In this document: positions 39,701 to 48,869 of the stretch, in pieces
How positions within the stretch are numbered: the first letter of the stretch is position 1
Layout: every line of letters begins with the position of its first letter
DNA from: Octopus bimaculoides
Taxonomy: Eukaryota
Length of the DNA: 64,000 nucleotides
Reading direction: 5' to 3'
NCBI RefSeq assembly: GCF_001194135.2
Contig: NC_068985.1
Span: forward strand, 72,435,146-72,499,145
The notes under the pieces: generated by a model
The model's input: only the letters and a program-made list of their open reading frames with translations
Told to the model about the DNA's origin: nothing
Databases searched by the model: none
Position numbers and translations under genes: made by a program

Positions 39701-42700
39701 ACTGAACCACTTCCTCTTGACTTGCCCATATTACCATACATCTCTCACTTTCCTCATGCACTTGCTCTTTTTCTCTACTCACAATCATGCAACCTGATTA
39801 AACATCATCTCCCATTTTCCCATCTTTCTGCTGTCTACTGTGTTGTTGTTATTATTGTCGTTAGCATGCTGGGTAAAATGCTTAGCCTCATTTTGTCTGT
39901 CCTTACGTTCTGAGTTCAAATTCATCTGAGGTCGACTTTACTTTTCATCCTTTCAGGGTTGATAAAATAAGTACCAGTTGAGCACTGGGGTTGATTTAAT
40001 TGGCTTAGCCCCTCCCCCAAAATTGCTGACCTTATGCCAAAGCTTGAAATCATTATTATTGTTATTATTATACTGCTCCTCTTCATTGTTTTATATTGTC
40101 AATCAGCACCTAATCCTCCTGATCTTCCCACTAACTCATATTTATCATTAACTCTACCCACCACCTCAACCCTTGTTCATCATTCTGTATCTCACCTCCA
40201 TCTCTTATCATCTCTCCATACTCTCTTGCTACTCTTTTCAAACTACCCTTGTTGTTCTTCTACCCTTCAGAGCCTACCATTTTATGTTTCTTTCCAACTC
40301 ACATCAATTATTCCACCTCTTGTATTATGTGAGCTGCTATGTCTCCTCGACAAGAAACCAGTTTCTTGCTGAGGGAGAAGCATTGAGTGGAGGAAATTAT
40401 TGAGTGATTGACTCTGTGTGTAATGGGAATTATGATCTTATGTCTAAGGCAAGTAATTTCTCTTGAAATCCATCAAAGTGTGGTGGTCACAAAATTGAAA
40501 GTGAGGACCATCATGTTAGTGCTCTTGTTTGAAGAATGTGAACTCAACATTGCAATGATTTTACAGTGCTATTACTACTTAACAACAATGCTTTATACCT
40601 TCCTGTTTGTGATTATCATTAATTGTTAAGACTGCAGTATCTACAACAAAACCTGAACTAACAGATTATTGGCCAGCCAGCTAATTATTTAGCTGATTGT
40701 TTAGTATCTTGTGGCTTTTTTAAAGGCAGTCATAATCAGCACCAGGGAGAGGGAAAATATTAGTGATAGATATAAAATTATAAAAACCTTTTGATACTAT
40801 TAACCATAAATTAAGCATTAAAGGGATGAGTAAGAACTCTGCTTGTGTTTAACAAATGGTAAATAGGCATGGCTGTATGGTAAGAAGCTTGCTTTTCAAC
40901 CACATAGTTACAGGTTCAGTCCCACTGCATGGCACCTTGGGCATGTGTCTTCTACTATAGCTGCGGGTCAACCAAAGCCTTGTGAGTGGATTTGGTAGAG
41001 GGAAACTGAAAGAAGTATATACAGGGTTTGGTGAATAAACTGTTGTCTAAATTACGCAAAAATGAAAATAACAGTGACATCTCATTTTAACAGATATATT
41101 TACCAAAATTACATAAAAATATCTTGAAATACTAAAGAGTAAATTTATTCAATAAAATCGCCAGACGACTTTAGAATCTCCTGCAACTCTTCTGGATGGT
41201 CCCCTTGTTGAAGTTGGTGAATGTGGTCATAATCCTTGTCTTCAGTTCATCTTTGGTGTTACAAGGAGTATTGTAGGTTTCTCGCTCAACTACGTCCCAT
41301 GCATAATAATCAAAGGGATTGCAGTCTGGGGAATTAGGTGGCCAGATGTTAGGGGGTGATGTGGTTGCAGAAATTGTCTGACAGCCATGACTGGTTTCTC
41401 CTGCTTGTGTGGCATGGTGCAGAGTCCTGTTGCTAAACAGGGTCTTCCAGCAGCCACCCTCTTGACCCAGGGCACTACCCCCTCCAGGCACTTGATGTAG
41501 GCCTCCATGTTGAGTGTGAGGTCGTGTGGGAAGATGGAGGCATCACTAGTGATCACTCCAAACACCATGATGTTGACTGGATGTTTGATTTTTATCACTC
41601 TTGGTACATGTCCTCAGATTACACTGTTCTCAGACTGACACCCAAACACTCTGAAATGTTCGTACTGGAGCTTCCGGCACGAATGACAAGCAGTGCAGTA
41701 TGTTGTTTCCAAATTTGTGCATGAGTTAATTGTGTTATGGTGCTGTTTTTCTCACAGATAGTGCCTAACCAACCTTACTATACTGCACATGCATGAAATT
41801 AAAAATATAAAATGGTAACAATTTATCTGTTGCACCCTGTATATGTGTGTGTGTGTCTTTGTGTTTGTGTTTGTCCCCCCCCCCACCTCATCACTGCTTG
41901 ACAACTAGTGTTGGTGTGTTTACATCCACTTAACTTAGCGGTTTTTTGAAAGAGACTGATAGAATAAGTACTAGACTTAAGAAATAAGTCCTGGGGATGG
42001 TTTGTTTGACTGAAACCCTTCAAGGTGGTGCTCCAGCATGGTCACAGTCAAATGACTGAAACAAGTAAAAGAATACAACATCTCCTTTGGGCAAGCTGCT
42101 TGCATACCATTTCCACACCAGCCCATCTGTCACTCTTGTCTTTTAACTATCCATTGCCTGTCTTATTAAAAACATCTGCATTTACCATTTCATCTAATCT
42201 TTACTCCTCACATCTCAACCCTTTTGAATACCCTTTGTTCAGTTTTTTTTCTCTGTAGATGTTACAATTATTGATATTTAAATTGAATGTCAACTATATC
42301 ACTCTCACCATCTAAGAAGGCATTGGTTTCTCCTTCCCTTTAACTTTTCTTTCCTCACTGTCAGTAGCGCTGTCTTAAGGCATGGGCACACTGGACAGTT
42401 ACTCAGGGTCCCTACAGGCCTAGGAGCTTAATTGTCATCTCTGTATGTATTGAATGACTGTCAATAAATAAGTACTATAGGGTCCTAGTGCATTGATTTG
42501 TCTGAGAGCCTATAATGCTGCTAAGGTGGCCTTGCTGTCAGATTGACAAATAACTCCTGGTAACTTCTTTGACAAGTGCTTAGAATAGAGTTTTCGAAGA
42601 TAATTTCTTGTTATTTTCTTTTAGCTATTCTTTTACAAGATATCATGGCATTCACAATGTTGATAAAAGACCACAAAGCATTTTGTTCAATGTTCTAACA

Positions 42701-43936
42701 ATTCTCCCAATTCCTTTCCTAGGCTGCTACTTTATTTTATCAACACCAGATGTATGAAAGGCAAAGTTGACCTCTGCAGTATTTTAGTTCAGAACATAAT
42801 GTACTGTAACAAATATTGCAATGGATTTTGAGTAATTCTCTACTGATTCTGTCAATTTACTGCCTTCCTCCTAATTAAACATGGCAAAAAGTAGACCCCC
42901 TCTTCATAAGTCAGTAAGGAAAGCAATTGAAGTTTCCCAGACCATCACTGATGCAGTTTGCGGGGTGAAAAATGATTCTGAACATTTTATTTCGTAAATA
43001 ACAATTTCAGACAGGTCCCCTGATAAGACACAAACCATCTACTTACTGCTTGCTAAGTGACCACATTATCAGTTACACAATAGAGTTCTTGCCATTCCTC
43101 AAATGAGAAACTATAAATCTATTCTGATATTTAATAACTGTAATATTTTATCCCTATGAGATAATTTATCAGTCACTTAGTGCTTGCAGGATAGGTTATA
43201 CTACTAATGTCTAGCATTGCAATAGGCTTCAGTTTGAGTCAATGCTTTCATCAATGAGCTTTTTTGCTCTTATTGGTCTCAGGTTGGCTCAAATGTCTAA
43301 TATTAATTTACATTAAAAGAAAATCTTATCAGACAATTCATTCATGTTTCCACTTAAAACAGCCAATGAAAGAGCTTGTATATGACTGCTCAGATTACCA
43401 GAAATAGCAACCTAATAACCTTCAGATCACACCCTATCACTTTAAAAAAAAAAAAAAGGAAGAATACAGATAATTTAGTACAAGATATGCAAAAACGACT
43501 GGATGGTCATATTTGGAACTCCTTTGGTCATGCATCAATCAGAGTTTGCTTGGGGCTAAACAACATCAAAGGAGCCTCTATGTAATTGCTTGACCTGCTT
43601 AACATAGTAGCCAAATTTCCCTTAATTCATATCATAAAATCTTAAAGGAAATATTTGAAAATGTACTCCTTGATATACAAAAGACTGGATGGTCATGGCC
43701 AGAACCTCTTTGATCATTGGTCTGCTTGAACAAGGTTGGCTTGATGCCAGATAAGAACATCATGCAGTTTTTGTACCTAGTTGAAACAAAACCAATAATT
43801 ACATTTTTGCTTTAATTTTCTTTATTTCTATTTCAGATTGCTTTTCACAGAAAAGTTTGGTGGGATTTGTCGAGATGAATCTATTGAAGGTTTGCGATTT
43901 TACCCAAACAACTTTCTCAACAATGAGATGAGCTGA
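9014..43936 (+). CDS. VPS36: Vacuolar protein-sorting-associated protein 36 (ESCRT-II subunit), 13 coding exons, 383 aa: join(9014..9109,11624..11692,16402..16472,18763..18877,21469..21543,24181..24303,26103..26177,26867..27001,29025..29090,31841..31905,34773..34857,37647..37723,43837..43936)
   Basis: Exon lengths 96+69+71+115+75+123+75+135+66+65+85+77+100 = 1152 nt with all phases compatible. The translation follows metazoan VPS36 along its whole length (MDRF..., [82 protein letters not shown]). All acceptors are polypyrimidine+AG; 11 donors are GT and one is GC. Confidence 0.97.
10434..10993. mobile_element. 560-bp MITE with ~30-bp TIRs and 8-bp TSD AGAAATAT (Merlin-like by GG termini), in VPS36 intron 1
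   Basis: GGATCTTTTTTAAAACGGGGGCCAC ... GTGGCCCCCGTTTTAAAATAGATCC, flanked by AGAAATAT on both sides; near-identical copy at 54261-54822. Confidence 0.85.
11624..11692 (+). CDS. VPS36: VPS36 exon 2 ([23 protein letters not shown])
   Basis: ttttattctag| ... |gtatgt; GLUE-domain motif [11 protein letters not shown]. Confidence 0.96.
11780..12175 (-). mobile_element. RTE-LINE 3' end (antisense to VPS36)
   Basis: catcatcatcgtcgtttaacgtccgctttccatgctagcatggg..., the reverse complement of the RTE terminus. Confidence 0.85.
12470..13225 (+). mobile_element. Decayed RTE-LINE 3' fragment (RT C-terminus and tail)
   Basis: [12 protein letters not shown] and MLHGSETW-like remnants, ending gatgatgatga. 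Confidence 0.8.
13365..13560 (+). mobile_element. Decayed tRNA-SINE with CORE-like segment
   Basis: tRNA-like head followed by gtgttcttgagaaaagcacttcatttcaggttgctccagttcactcagctgg. Confidence 0.5.
13975..14300 (-). mobile_element. Decayed RTE-LINE 3' end
   Basis: (CAT)n followed by ctggatgcccttc repeats. Confidence 0.7.
15250..15560 (-). mobile_element. SINE family A, decayed
   Basis: ttttacttgtttcagtc ... aaatccactcacaaggctttgg. Confidence 0.75.
16070..16280 (-). mobile_element. tRNA-SINE family B (Meta-domain-like), decayed
   Basis: Reverse complement of gcctttcatcctttcggggtcgataaaataagtaccag...ctggggtcgatgtaatc. Confidence 0.7.
16402..16472 (+). CDS. VPS36: VPS36 exon 3 ([23 protein letters not shown][S])
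   Basis: Long polyT tract ttcttccag| ... AG|gtaact; phase 0-2, matches the phase of exon 4. Confidence 0.92.
16730..17090 (-). mobile_element. RTE/BovB-type LINE C-terminus with C2H2 zinc finger
   Basis: Minus frame [22 protein letters not shown]...[22 protein letters not shown]. Confidence 0.65.
17735..17930 (+). mobile_element. RTE-LINE 3' end
   Basis: ggttggcattaggaaggccatccagccatagaaacc ... taaatgatgatgatg. Confidence 0.75.
18763..18877 (+). CDS. VPS36: VPS36 exon 4 ([S][38 protein letters not shown])
   Basis: tgtttcag| ... GAG|gtaaac; SAKIV.HLH and Y..FSF.E motifs. Confidence 0.96.
20550..21150 (-). mobile_element. Two adjacent SINE family A copies with a long internal (TA)n
   Basis: Family A motifs at 20550-20945 and a 3' half at 20950-21150. 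Confidence 0.8.
21469..21543 (+). CDS. VPS36: VPS36 exon 5 ([25 protein letters not shown])
   Basis: tttttaacag| ... |gtaagt; C-terminal helix of the GLUE domain. Confidence 0.92.
21755..22005 (-). mobile_element. SINE family A, 5' half
   Basis: gggactgaacctgggaccatg...cttcttaccatgcagccac (tRNA head on the minus strand). Confidence 0.75.
22463..22590 (+). mobile_element. Young RTE-LINE 3' end emerging from an assembly gap
   Basis: Near-identical to 38625-38763 and 29578-29706. Confidence 0.85.
22620..22824 (-). mobile_element. Helentron-type non-autonomous element (HINE/DINE-1-like), decayed
   Basis: aagtttcatcaaataccgttcacaacttgagttat...cacagatagacaaa...aaaacataactttccttggcagaggtaat: core block plus terminal ATTACCTC...GGAAAGTTAT inverted repeat. 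Family assignment from memory. Confidence 0.45.
22920..23225 (-). mobile_element. SINE family A, decayed
   Basis: Family A motifs with internal (CA)n. Confidence 0.7.
24181..24303 (+). CDS. VPS36: VPS36 exon 6 ([41 protein letters not shown])
   Basis: ttttgcag| ... AAA|gtaatc; GIIGIER and TDKNIS.AFEDLS motifs. Confidence 0.96.
24606..24732. mobile_element. 127-bp Tc1/mariner MITE with TA TSD
   Basis: ta|CAGGGTGTCCACAAAGTCTGG ... CCAGACTTTGTGGACACCCTG|ta. Confidence 0.9.
24845..25055 (-). mobile_element. SINE family B
   Basis: ggcacaaggccagcaattttgggg...actggtacttattttatc...aaaggatgaaagg...gaactcagaacgtaaag. Confidence 0.8.
25200..25439. mobile_element. 240-bp almost fully palindromic MITE, TGT...ACA termini, 4-bp TSD TAAG (Ginger-like)
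   Basis: taag|TGTAGCAAACTCATAAGAGGC ... GCCTCTTATGAGTTTGCTACA|taag; truncated second copy at 33957-34115. Confidence 0.8.
25557..25899. mobile_element. hAT (Charlie/MER5-like) MITE with 8-bp TSD GTTTAAAC
   Basis: CAGTTGTTCTCAAC ... GTTGAGAACCACTA flanked by gtttaaac on both sides. Confidence 0.85.
26103..26177 (+). CDS. VPS36: VPS36 exon 7 ([25 protein letters not shown])
   Basis: ctgcag| ... GAG|gtaagt. Confidence 0.96.
26867..27001 (+). CDS. VPS36: VPS36 exon 8 ([45 protein letters not shown])
   Basis: tttcag| ... |gtatgt; highly conserved block. Confidence 0.97.
29025..29090 (+). CDS. VPS36: VPS36 exon 9 ([22 protein letters not shown])
   Basis: ttccag| ... GAG|gtaata; winged-helix motif GG...LTDVYC.VNRARG. 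Confidence 0.97.
29425..29706 (+). mobile_element. Young RTE-LINE 3' end abutting the Tc1 left TIR
   Basis: Reverse complement of the 11780 copy; ends (GAT)n. Confidence 0.85.
29707..31218 (-). mobile_element. Full-length decayed Tc1 element (DD34E); transposase pseudogene about 29890-30922
   Basis: TIRs CACTGAAC(C/T)GCAA.AGA.A (16 of 19 match), right-hand [21 protein letters not shown] start; QQDNAPSH...[12 protein letters not shown] with 34-residue D-E spacing; stops and frameshifts present. Confidence 0.92.
31280..31537. mobile_element. hAT MITE of the same family as 25557-25899
   Basis: CAGTGGTTCTCAAC ... GTTGAGAAACACTG; shared ccatatgg.cc.tgagggtccatataag. Confidence 0.8.
31841..31905 (+). 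CDS. VPS36: VPS36 exon 10 ([21 protein letters not shown][R])
   Basis: tgtttcag| ... AG|gtcagc. Confidence 0.95.
32000..32235 (-). mobile_element. RTE-LINE 3' end, decayed
   Basis: (CAT)n-tttagtgtctgttttccatgctggcat...ctagatgcccttc. Confidence 0.75.
33560..33957 (+). mobile_element. Near full-length SINE family A (tRNA head, CORE-like segment, internal microsatellite)
   Basis: A-box-like GGCTGTGTGGTAAG, B-box-like GGGTTCAGTCCC, CORE-like CACCTTGGGCAAGTGTCTT. Confidence 0.88.
33957..34115. mobile_element. Truncated copy of the TGT...ACA palindromic MITE, inserted in the SINE tail
   Basis: Matches the reverse complement of 25200-25439 for about 155 bp. Confidence 0.8.
34773..34857 (+). CDS. 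VPS36: VPS36 exon 11 ([R][28 protein letters not shown])
   Basis: ttgcttcag| ... ATG|gtgagt. Confidence 0.96.
35615..36025 (+). mobile_element. RTE-LINE 3' fragment
   Basis: [33 protein letters not shown], then the 3' UTR and tail. Confidence 0.85.
36655..36838 (+). mobile_element. SINE family B
   Basis: gttctgagtttaaattcc..gaggttgactttacatttcatcc..gataagtaccag..ctggggtcaatgtaatcgact. Confidence 0.8.
37647..37723 (+). CDS. VPS36: VPS36 exon 12 ([25 protein letters not shown][R])
   Basis: tttccag| ... AG|gtaagc. Confidence 0.96.
37775..38763 (+). mobile_element. Young 5'-truncated RTE-LINE (RT C-terminus, open to the gap at 38096) with (GAT)n tail
   Basis: [38 protein letters not shown]...[20 protein letters not shown] without stops. 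Confidence 0.92.
39864..40050 (+). mobile_element. SINE family B
   Basis: Clear gaggtcgacttt..ttttcatcctttcagggttgataaaataagtaccagttgagcactgggg block. Confidence 0.8.
40865..42075 (+). mobile_element. SINE family A split at its TA microsatellite by a maT transposon
   Basis: Head at 40865-41016 and tail at 41842-42075 are collinear with 33560-33957. Confidence 0.85.
41022..41839 (-). mobile_element. Internally deleted maT (DD37D) Tc1/mariner element, TA TSD
   Basis: ta|CAGGGT...ACCCTG|ta. QQDSAPCH...[13 protein letters not shown] gives D-37-D after correcting a 1-nt frameshift. Confidence 0.85.
43837..43936 (+). CDS. VPS36: VPS36 exon 13 ([R][32 protein letters not shown])
   Basis: tatttcag|; [14 protein letters not shown] motif; TGA ends at 43936. 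Confidence 0.97.
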
Positions 43937-44039
43937 GCCAAGAATACTGCATTCTGATTTGATACATTTACCTAACATATACTATAAGCATTCAATCGAC
44001 CATGTTAGTTCTGTGTCTTGTTTGCATTATGCTGTATTT

Positions 44040-44045
44040 AATAAA
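44040..44045 (+). terminator. Likely VPS36 polyadenylation signal AATAAA (a second candidate lies at 44908-44913)
   Basis: First AATAAA about 100 nt after the stop, followed by TG/T-rich sequence. Confidence 0.55.
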
Positions 44046-44994
44046 AATGTACCATGTATGCAGTTGTGACAGCATTTCAGTGTTATTAGTCTATACAAGT
44101 CCCATGTAATGAAACCTTAATGAAATTGTTTGTATTTTTGCAGTATAGTCCAAGGTCAACCCCTATTGAATAGCGTCATGATCAGTGACATTCCATCCAT
44201 GATCAACCTGTCTTTTTTGTTTTCCCAAGCATAGTTAATCCTTATTGTCCATGTTTTCTAAATATTAGTCAAAAGAGGAAAGAGCAATGTCATTGACCTT
44301 TGCAAACACTCCTAGGCTGTTGGAATTTGTGCAGCTGATGCCAAGATTGATCTTCTACAAGACATATGAAGGCTAGAAGGAGGAAACCAGGGCGTAGTTA
44401 GAATGTTGCCAAAGCATATATTTGTGTGAATGACTGTTGCTGATGTTTAACACCCAAATCAAGTTGCTAAAGCATGTTTTTGTGTGAGTGATTGCTACTG
44501 ATGTTTAACCCCCAAATCAACTCTCAGAAAGCAGACCTACAATCAAGACAATTGTAGCTATGACCAAAAAATGTCTTATTTTCAATGTATGTGGAACTAC
44601 ATTATCTAGCATTGTTTTTTTTTTTTTAAGATGTCAGTTTGTAATTTGAGGCAGATTTGGTTTAGAAATTTCAAGCAGGTTGATTGTCCATGTACAGGCT
44701 CCATCAATGGCTCAAAATGTCTGTGGGTGAATGTGTGATGTCACAGTAATTGAAATGTTTATAGAAGAACACCTTTATATAATGTTCCTCTGATATGAGG
44801 ATCTTCCCATTTTCCTATGTGATGACAGTTCTCATGCTGTCTGATTTTTTTTTTTACCTATTTAATGTCACACAACACAATCCTGTGTTGTCACTAATAC
44901 ATTGTTTCAATAAAATGTTATTAAGCCTTTACCAATACCGTTTCAAATTCTTTTTCTCTATCTTGAATTTATCTTAATATTCTTTCTAATTTTA

Positions 44995-46070
44995 AGGCAG
45001 TGAGTTGGTAGAATTGTTTGCACAGTGGACAAAATACTGCTAAGCATTTTGTCTTTACATTCTCAGTTCAAATTCTGTTGAGGTCAAATTTGCCTTTCAT
45101 CCTTTCAAGGCTGATAAAATTTAGTACTAGTGAAGCACTGGGATCAATGTAATCGACTGGAATGGCTGGCCGTCTGCCAAAATTTGAAGCCAATATTCTT
45201 TCTAATTTTGGCACAAGACCAGCAATTTTGAGGGGAAGAGGAAGCTGATTACATTAAACATAGCATGGAACTTATTTTATCGACCCCGAAAGGAGGAAAG
45301 GTAAAAATCGACCTTGGTGGAACTTGAACTCAGAATGTAAAAAGCCAGAAGAAATGCTATTAAGCAGGCTGGGGTAACAATTCTGCCAGCTTGTCACTTT
45401 GATATCGGTCTCATTTTGGGAGGTGAGGTAAGTCAATTAAATCGACCTTCAGTGGCCAACTGGTACTTATTTCACTGACCCCCTGGAAGGAAAGGTAATC
45501 TCAACATTGGTGGAATTTGAACTGAGAGTGTAAGGAGCCAGAAAAAAAATGCTCCTAGGCATTTAACTTCATAAGATAACAATCTTGCCAGCTTGGTTGC
45601 CTTAATTTCTCTTAATATTGGTTGCAAACTTTGGTACAAGGTTATCAAGTTCGGTGTGGGTGTGGTGAGGTTAAAGTCTATTACATCGGCCCCACTGCTC
45701 AAATGGTATTTATTTAACGACCCTGAAAGGATGAAAGGCCAAGTTGACCTCAGCGGAATCTGAACTTGGAACGGAAAGACGAACAAAATGCCACTAAAAA
45801 TTTTGTCCAGTGTGCTAATGGTTCTGCGAGTTTGCTGTCTTAATCTCTCTTAATATTAAAAGTAATACAAAGGCAGTGAGTTAGGAGAATCGTTAGTATG
45901 CCCAGCGAAATGCTTATTGGTATTTTATCTGTCCTTAACGTTCTGAGTTCAAATTCCACCAAAGTCAGCTTTACCTTTTGGAGTTGATACCAATAACTAC
46001 CAGTTGAGCACTAGGGTCAGTGTCATCAACCTAACTCCACCCCTGAAATTGCTGGCCTTTTATCAAAGTT
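44995..46070. mobile_element. Cluster of about five family B SINEs (+,-,-,-,+)
   Basis: Repeated family B blocks at about 44995-45190(+), 45195-45400(-), 45410-45600(-), 45610-45840(-) and 45871-46070(+). Confidence 0.8.
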
Positions 46071-46099
46071 TGTACAAAAACGTGTGTGTACATATTTTT

Positions 46100-46249
46100 T
46101 TCCTCTTTTATTTGTTTCAGTCATTTGACTGCGGCCATGCTAGAGCATCACCTTTAGTCGAACAAATCGACCCCAGGACTCATTCTTTGTAAGCCAAGTA
46201 CTTATTCTATCGGTTCTTTTGTCGAACTGCTAAGTGACGGGGACGTACA

Positions 46250-46282
<33 letters not shown>

Positions 46283-46420
46283 CGAGGGGCTTCTTTCAGT
46301 TTTCGTCTACCAAATCCACTCAAGACTTTGGTGGGCCCGAGGCTATAGTAGAAAACACTTGCCCAAGGTGCCACGCAGTGGGACTGAACTCGGAACCATG
46401 TGGTTGGTAAGTAGCTACTT
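46100..46420 (-). mobile_element. SINE family A, young
   Basis: High similarity to the reverse complement of 33560-33957. Confidence 0.88.
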
Positions 46421-46499
46421 CTGCTCCTATATGTATTTACATGAAGTAAAATGTATGTTCGGCCATTAGGTGACCAATGGTTTCGTATCCATAAACCGC

Positions 46500-47210
46500 T
46501 TAGCTTCGTAGACGACTTATCAGTCTCCAATGGCTGCGAGTATATAGTCTCTTCAAACTGGAGGTAGAAAACCGTTATGGTCAGTTAATTTGTAAACAAA
46601 AGAATATTCTATACTGTTTGAGCCTTAGACGGGACGGGTTATCGCCCTTAGATCGGTCTGGTCATCAAAATCTTATAGTCCTAATCGACGCACGAGGAAT
46701 CTCCGCCTTTAGGTTGGTTCCGTTCCGCCAATATTTTTTACCACCCTAATCGACGAACAGGAAATCCTACAGCAGGTAGCGACTAAAATGTAGTCAGGGG
46801 CTATAGATCTCGTTTCTAGGGTTTAAGAGCGTCTCCCGATCAAGCTAATCTTTCAGGATTCTTGCCTGTTTTATTATGCAAAGATTGTATCCTCCGCTTC
46901 CGTTTATATAGAACCCCGGATGCTCTGCTGCTTAAAGTGTTGCTGCCGCCTCCTCTGCTGTTGCCAATGTGCTTCGGCTATTACTCTAGTTGTTAGGGCT
47001 GGATACCACCACACCCTCACATTACCCCCCCCCCCCCAACGGGAAGTCATTGTATTCCCAGCATGAGCAAACCTGCCTCTGCTTGCGTTTCATGGATGTT
47101 CACCAATATTCTTTTCCTGTTGGGCGTGCGTGCAACTAAAGAGCCTAGGTTGCACCTATTGAACAAACGCCCGTACCAGTGTGTCTGCATGAATGGACAA
47201 GCACTTCACG
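46500..47210 (-). mobile_element. LTR-retrotransposon 3' remnant (Gypsy-like): PPT plus LTR
   Basis: Minus strand: G-run PPT, TAA, then TGTGAGGG starting at 47021; TATATAAA (46910-46903) followed by AATAAA (46875-46870). Distal LTR end not located. Confidence 0.55.
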
Positions 47211-47259
47211 CATTTGATAAGTGTTTCTAATAAAGGGAAAAACCAGGAAGTTAAGGGGA

Positions 47260-47580
47260 AAGCAACAATAGATTAAATCAGCCACCAGTACTTGACTGGT
47301 GCTTTATTTTATTAACCTCAAAAAGACGAAGTTGACTTAGATGGAATTTGAACTCAGAATATAAAGGGTACTGTATACGACTGCCCTAATATTGGTTTCA
47401 AATTTTGGCAGAAGGAAGATAAGTTGATTACATCGATCCCAGTGTTCAACTGATACTCATTTTATCGACTTCAAAAGAATGAAAGGCAAAGTCGACTTCA
47501 GCGGAATTTGAACTCGGAACGTAAAGACCGACACATTTTGTCCGGCGTGCTAACGATTCCGCCAGCTCACCGCCTTATCT
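47260..47580 (-). mobile_element. Two family B SINE copies, decayed
   Basis: tgaaaggcaaagtcgacttcagcggaatttgaactcggaacg...gccagctcaccgcc. Confidence 0.75.
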
Positions 47581-47699
47581 GACTGAACGTAATATTAATT
47601 ATGTAGAATTTGACACTAAATAACATAGATAATACAAAACATTAAAATATATTAACATACCTCTGTATCGAATCAATTAACATCATAAATCAAAGAAAT

Positions 47700-48720
47700 G
47701 TGATTGAGGTGCATTACCAAAGCTATTGTTATTTGGTTAGAGATTAGTGAATTTTATTTGTTAATCACCACACCCTTCTAGGTTCAGTCTGTTTCTCTGT
47801 TTTATTAGTCTCTGTTTACATAGCTCAAGCCAACTCTGATTATATTCAAACTAGAATATTTAAGGAAAACGGTCCAACCTCTGCAATCAACTTGAGTAAT
47901 TTGATAGCATTAACTACGTCGTACCAACTGCCACTTTTGGAAATTGATTAAACCTCAAAATCCATATACATATTAATAAGTATCTTGTAAGTTGATATTC
48001 AATATCTGCATTCTTTATTTTCTAATCAGATGTTTTAAACACTTTAAAATCTTTCTTCAATTTTTTAAAAACGTTTTATGTATATAGCCCAGGACGTGAA
48101 ATATTTTCTACTTCCAGTTACACTAAATTTCAAAAATACTTTAAATCTGTAGGAGCCAATGTGGATTTAAATAAATCTATTTTGACTTGGGAAGCTTATT
48201 AAACTTGTTCGAACATGAATAGTAGTGACATCTTTTTTTTTCTAACAAACGTTTTCGCACTTCATCATAACTCGAGTCTAGGTCTGACGAACGCTTTTCA
48301 TGCTTTTCAATTCGGCCTGTAGTAATATTTCGGCATCAGCATGATACGTCACAGCTGAGTCGAGCAAGTCAAGTCTTTGTAATGTATTACCTCTTCAGAA
48401 CTAATTTACCTCAACAACAAGAGATTAAAAGGTTCATCAACATTTTAAACAGTCGTGGATTGCGAGGATGTGCTTTAATTTTATTGAATTAGCTAATGCG
48501 CACTTCTAACGCACAGTTTACCGTTTAGTTTCTCGGATATCAGCTGGTGTATGTATAATATACAACAAACGATACATAAATATATCAGGGGCCTTTACCT
48601 TGAGTATGATAGCAAATTCTTTAAAACGATAGCAACTATTGTATTATTCCAGGAGGAACATTGTTTCTTCAAATATTCAAACATCGACAAATTGTCTCAC
48701 ATTTTACTCCGCCTTTAAGG
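47700..48720 (-). mobile_element. hAT Buster/Charlie transposase pseudogene, C-terminal part
   Basis: Minus-frame fragments IKAHPRNPRLFKML, RGNTLQRL and LIKQRNRLNLEGCGD*QIKFTNL*PN...QSH. Confidence 0.7.
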
Positions 48721-48869
48721 AGTTTGGCAAATGAAAAATCTGATTTTATATTGCCTACAAGGGGCCAACAAAGAGGGGGACAGCACAATCTGATTTTGGG
48801 TCAGATGAACGAATGAATTTTAACATACATATGAATTTCAAAATTTATGAAGATATAATGAAATCAAAT

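Noticed and set aside
44995-46070. Regularly recurring similar blocks that might suggest a CRISPR-like array
   Set aside because: Units are ~200-bp SINEs in mixed orientation with no constant repeat/spacer period and no cas genes; the context is eukaryotic.
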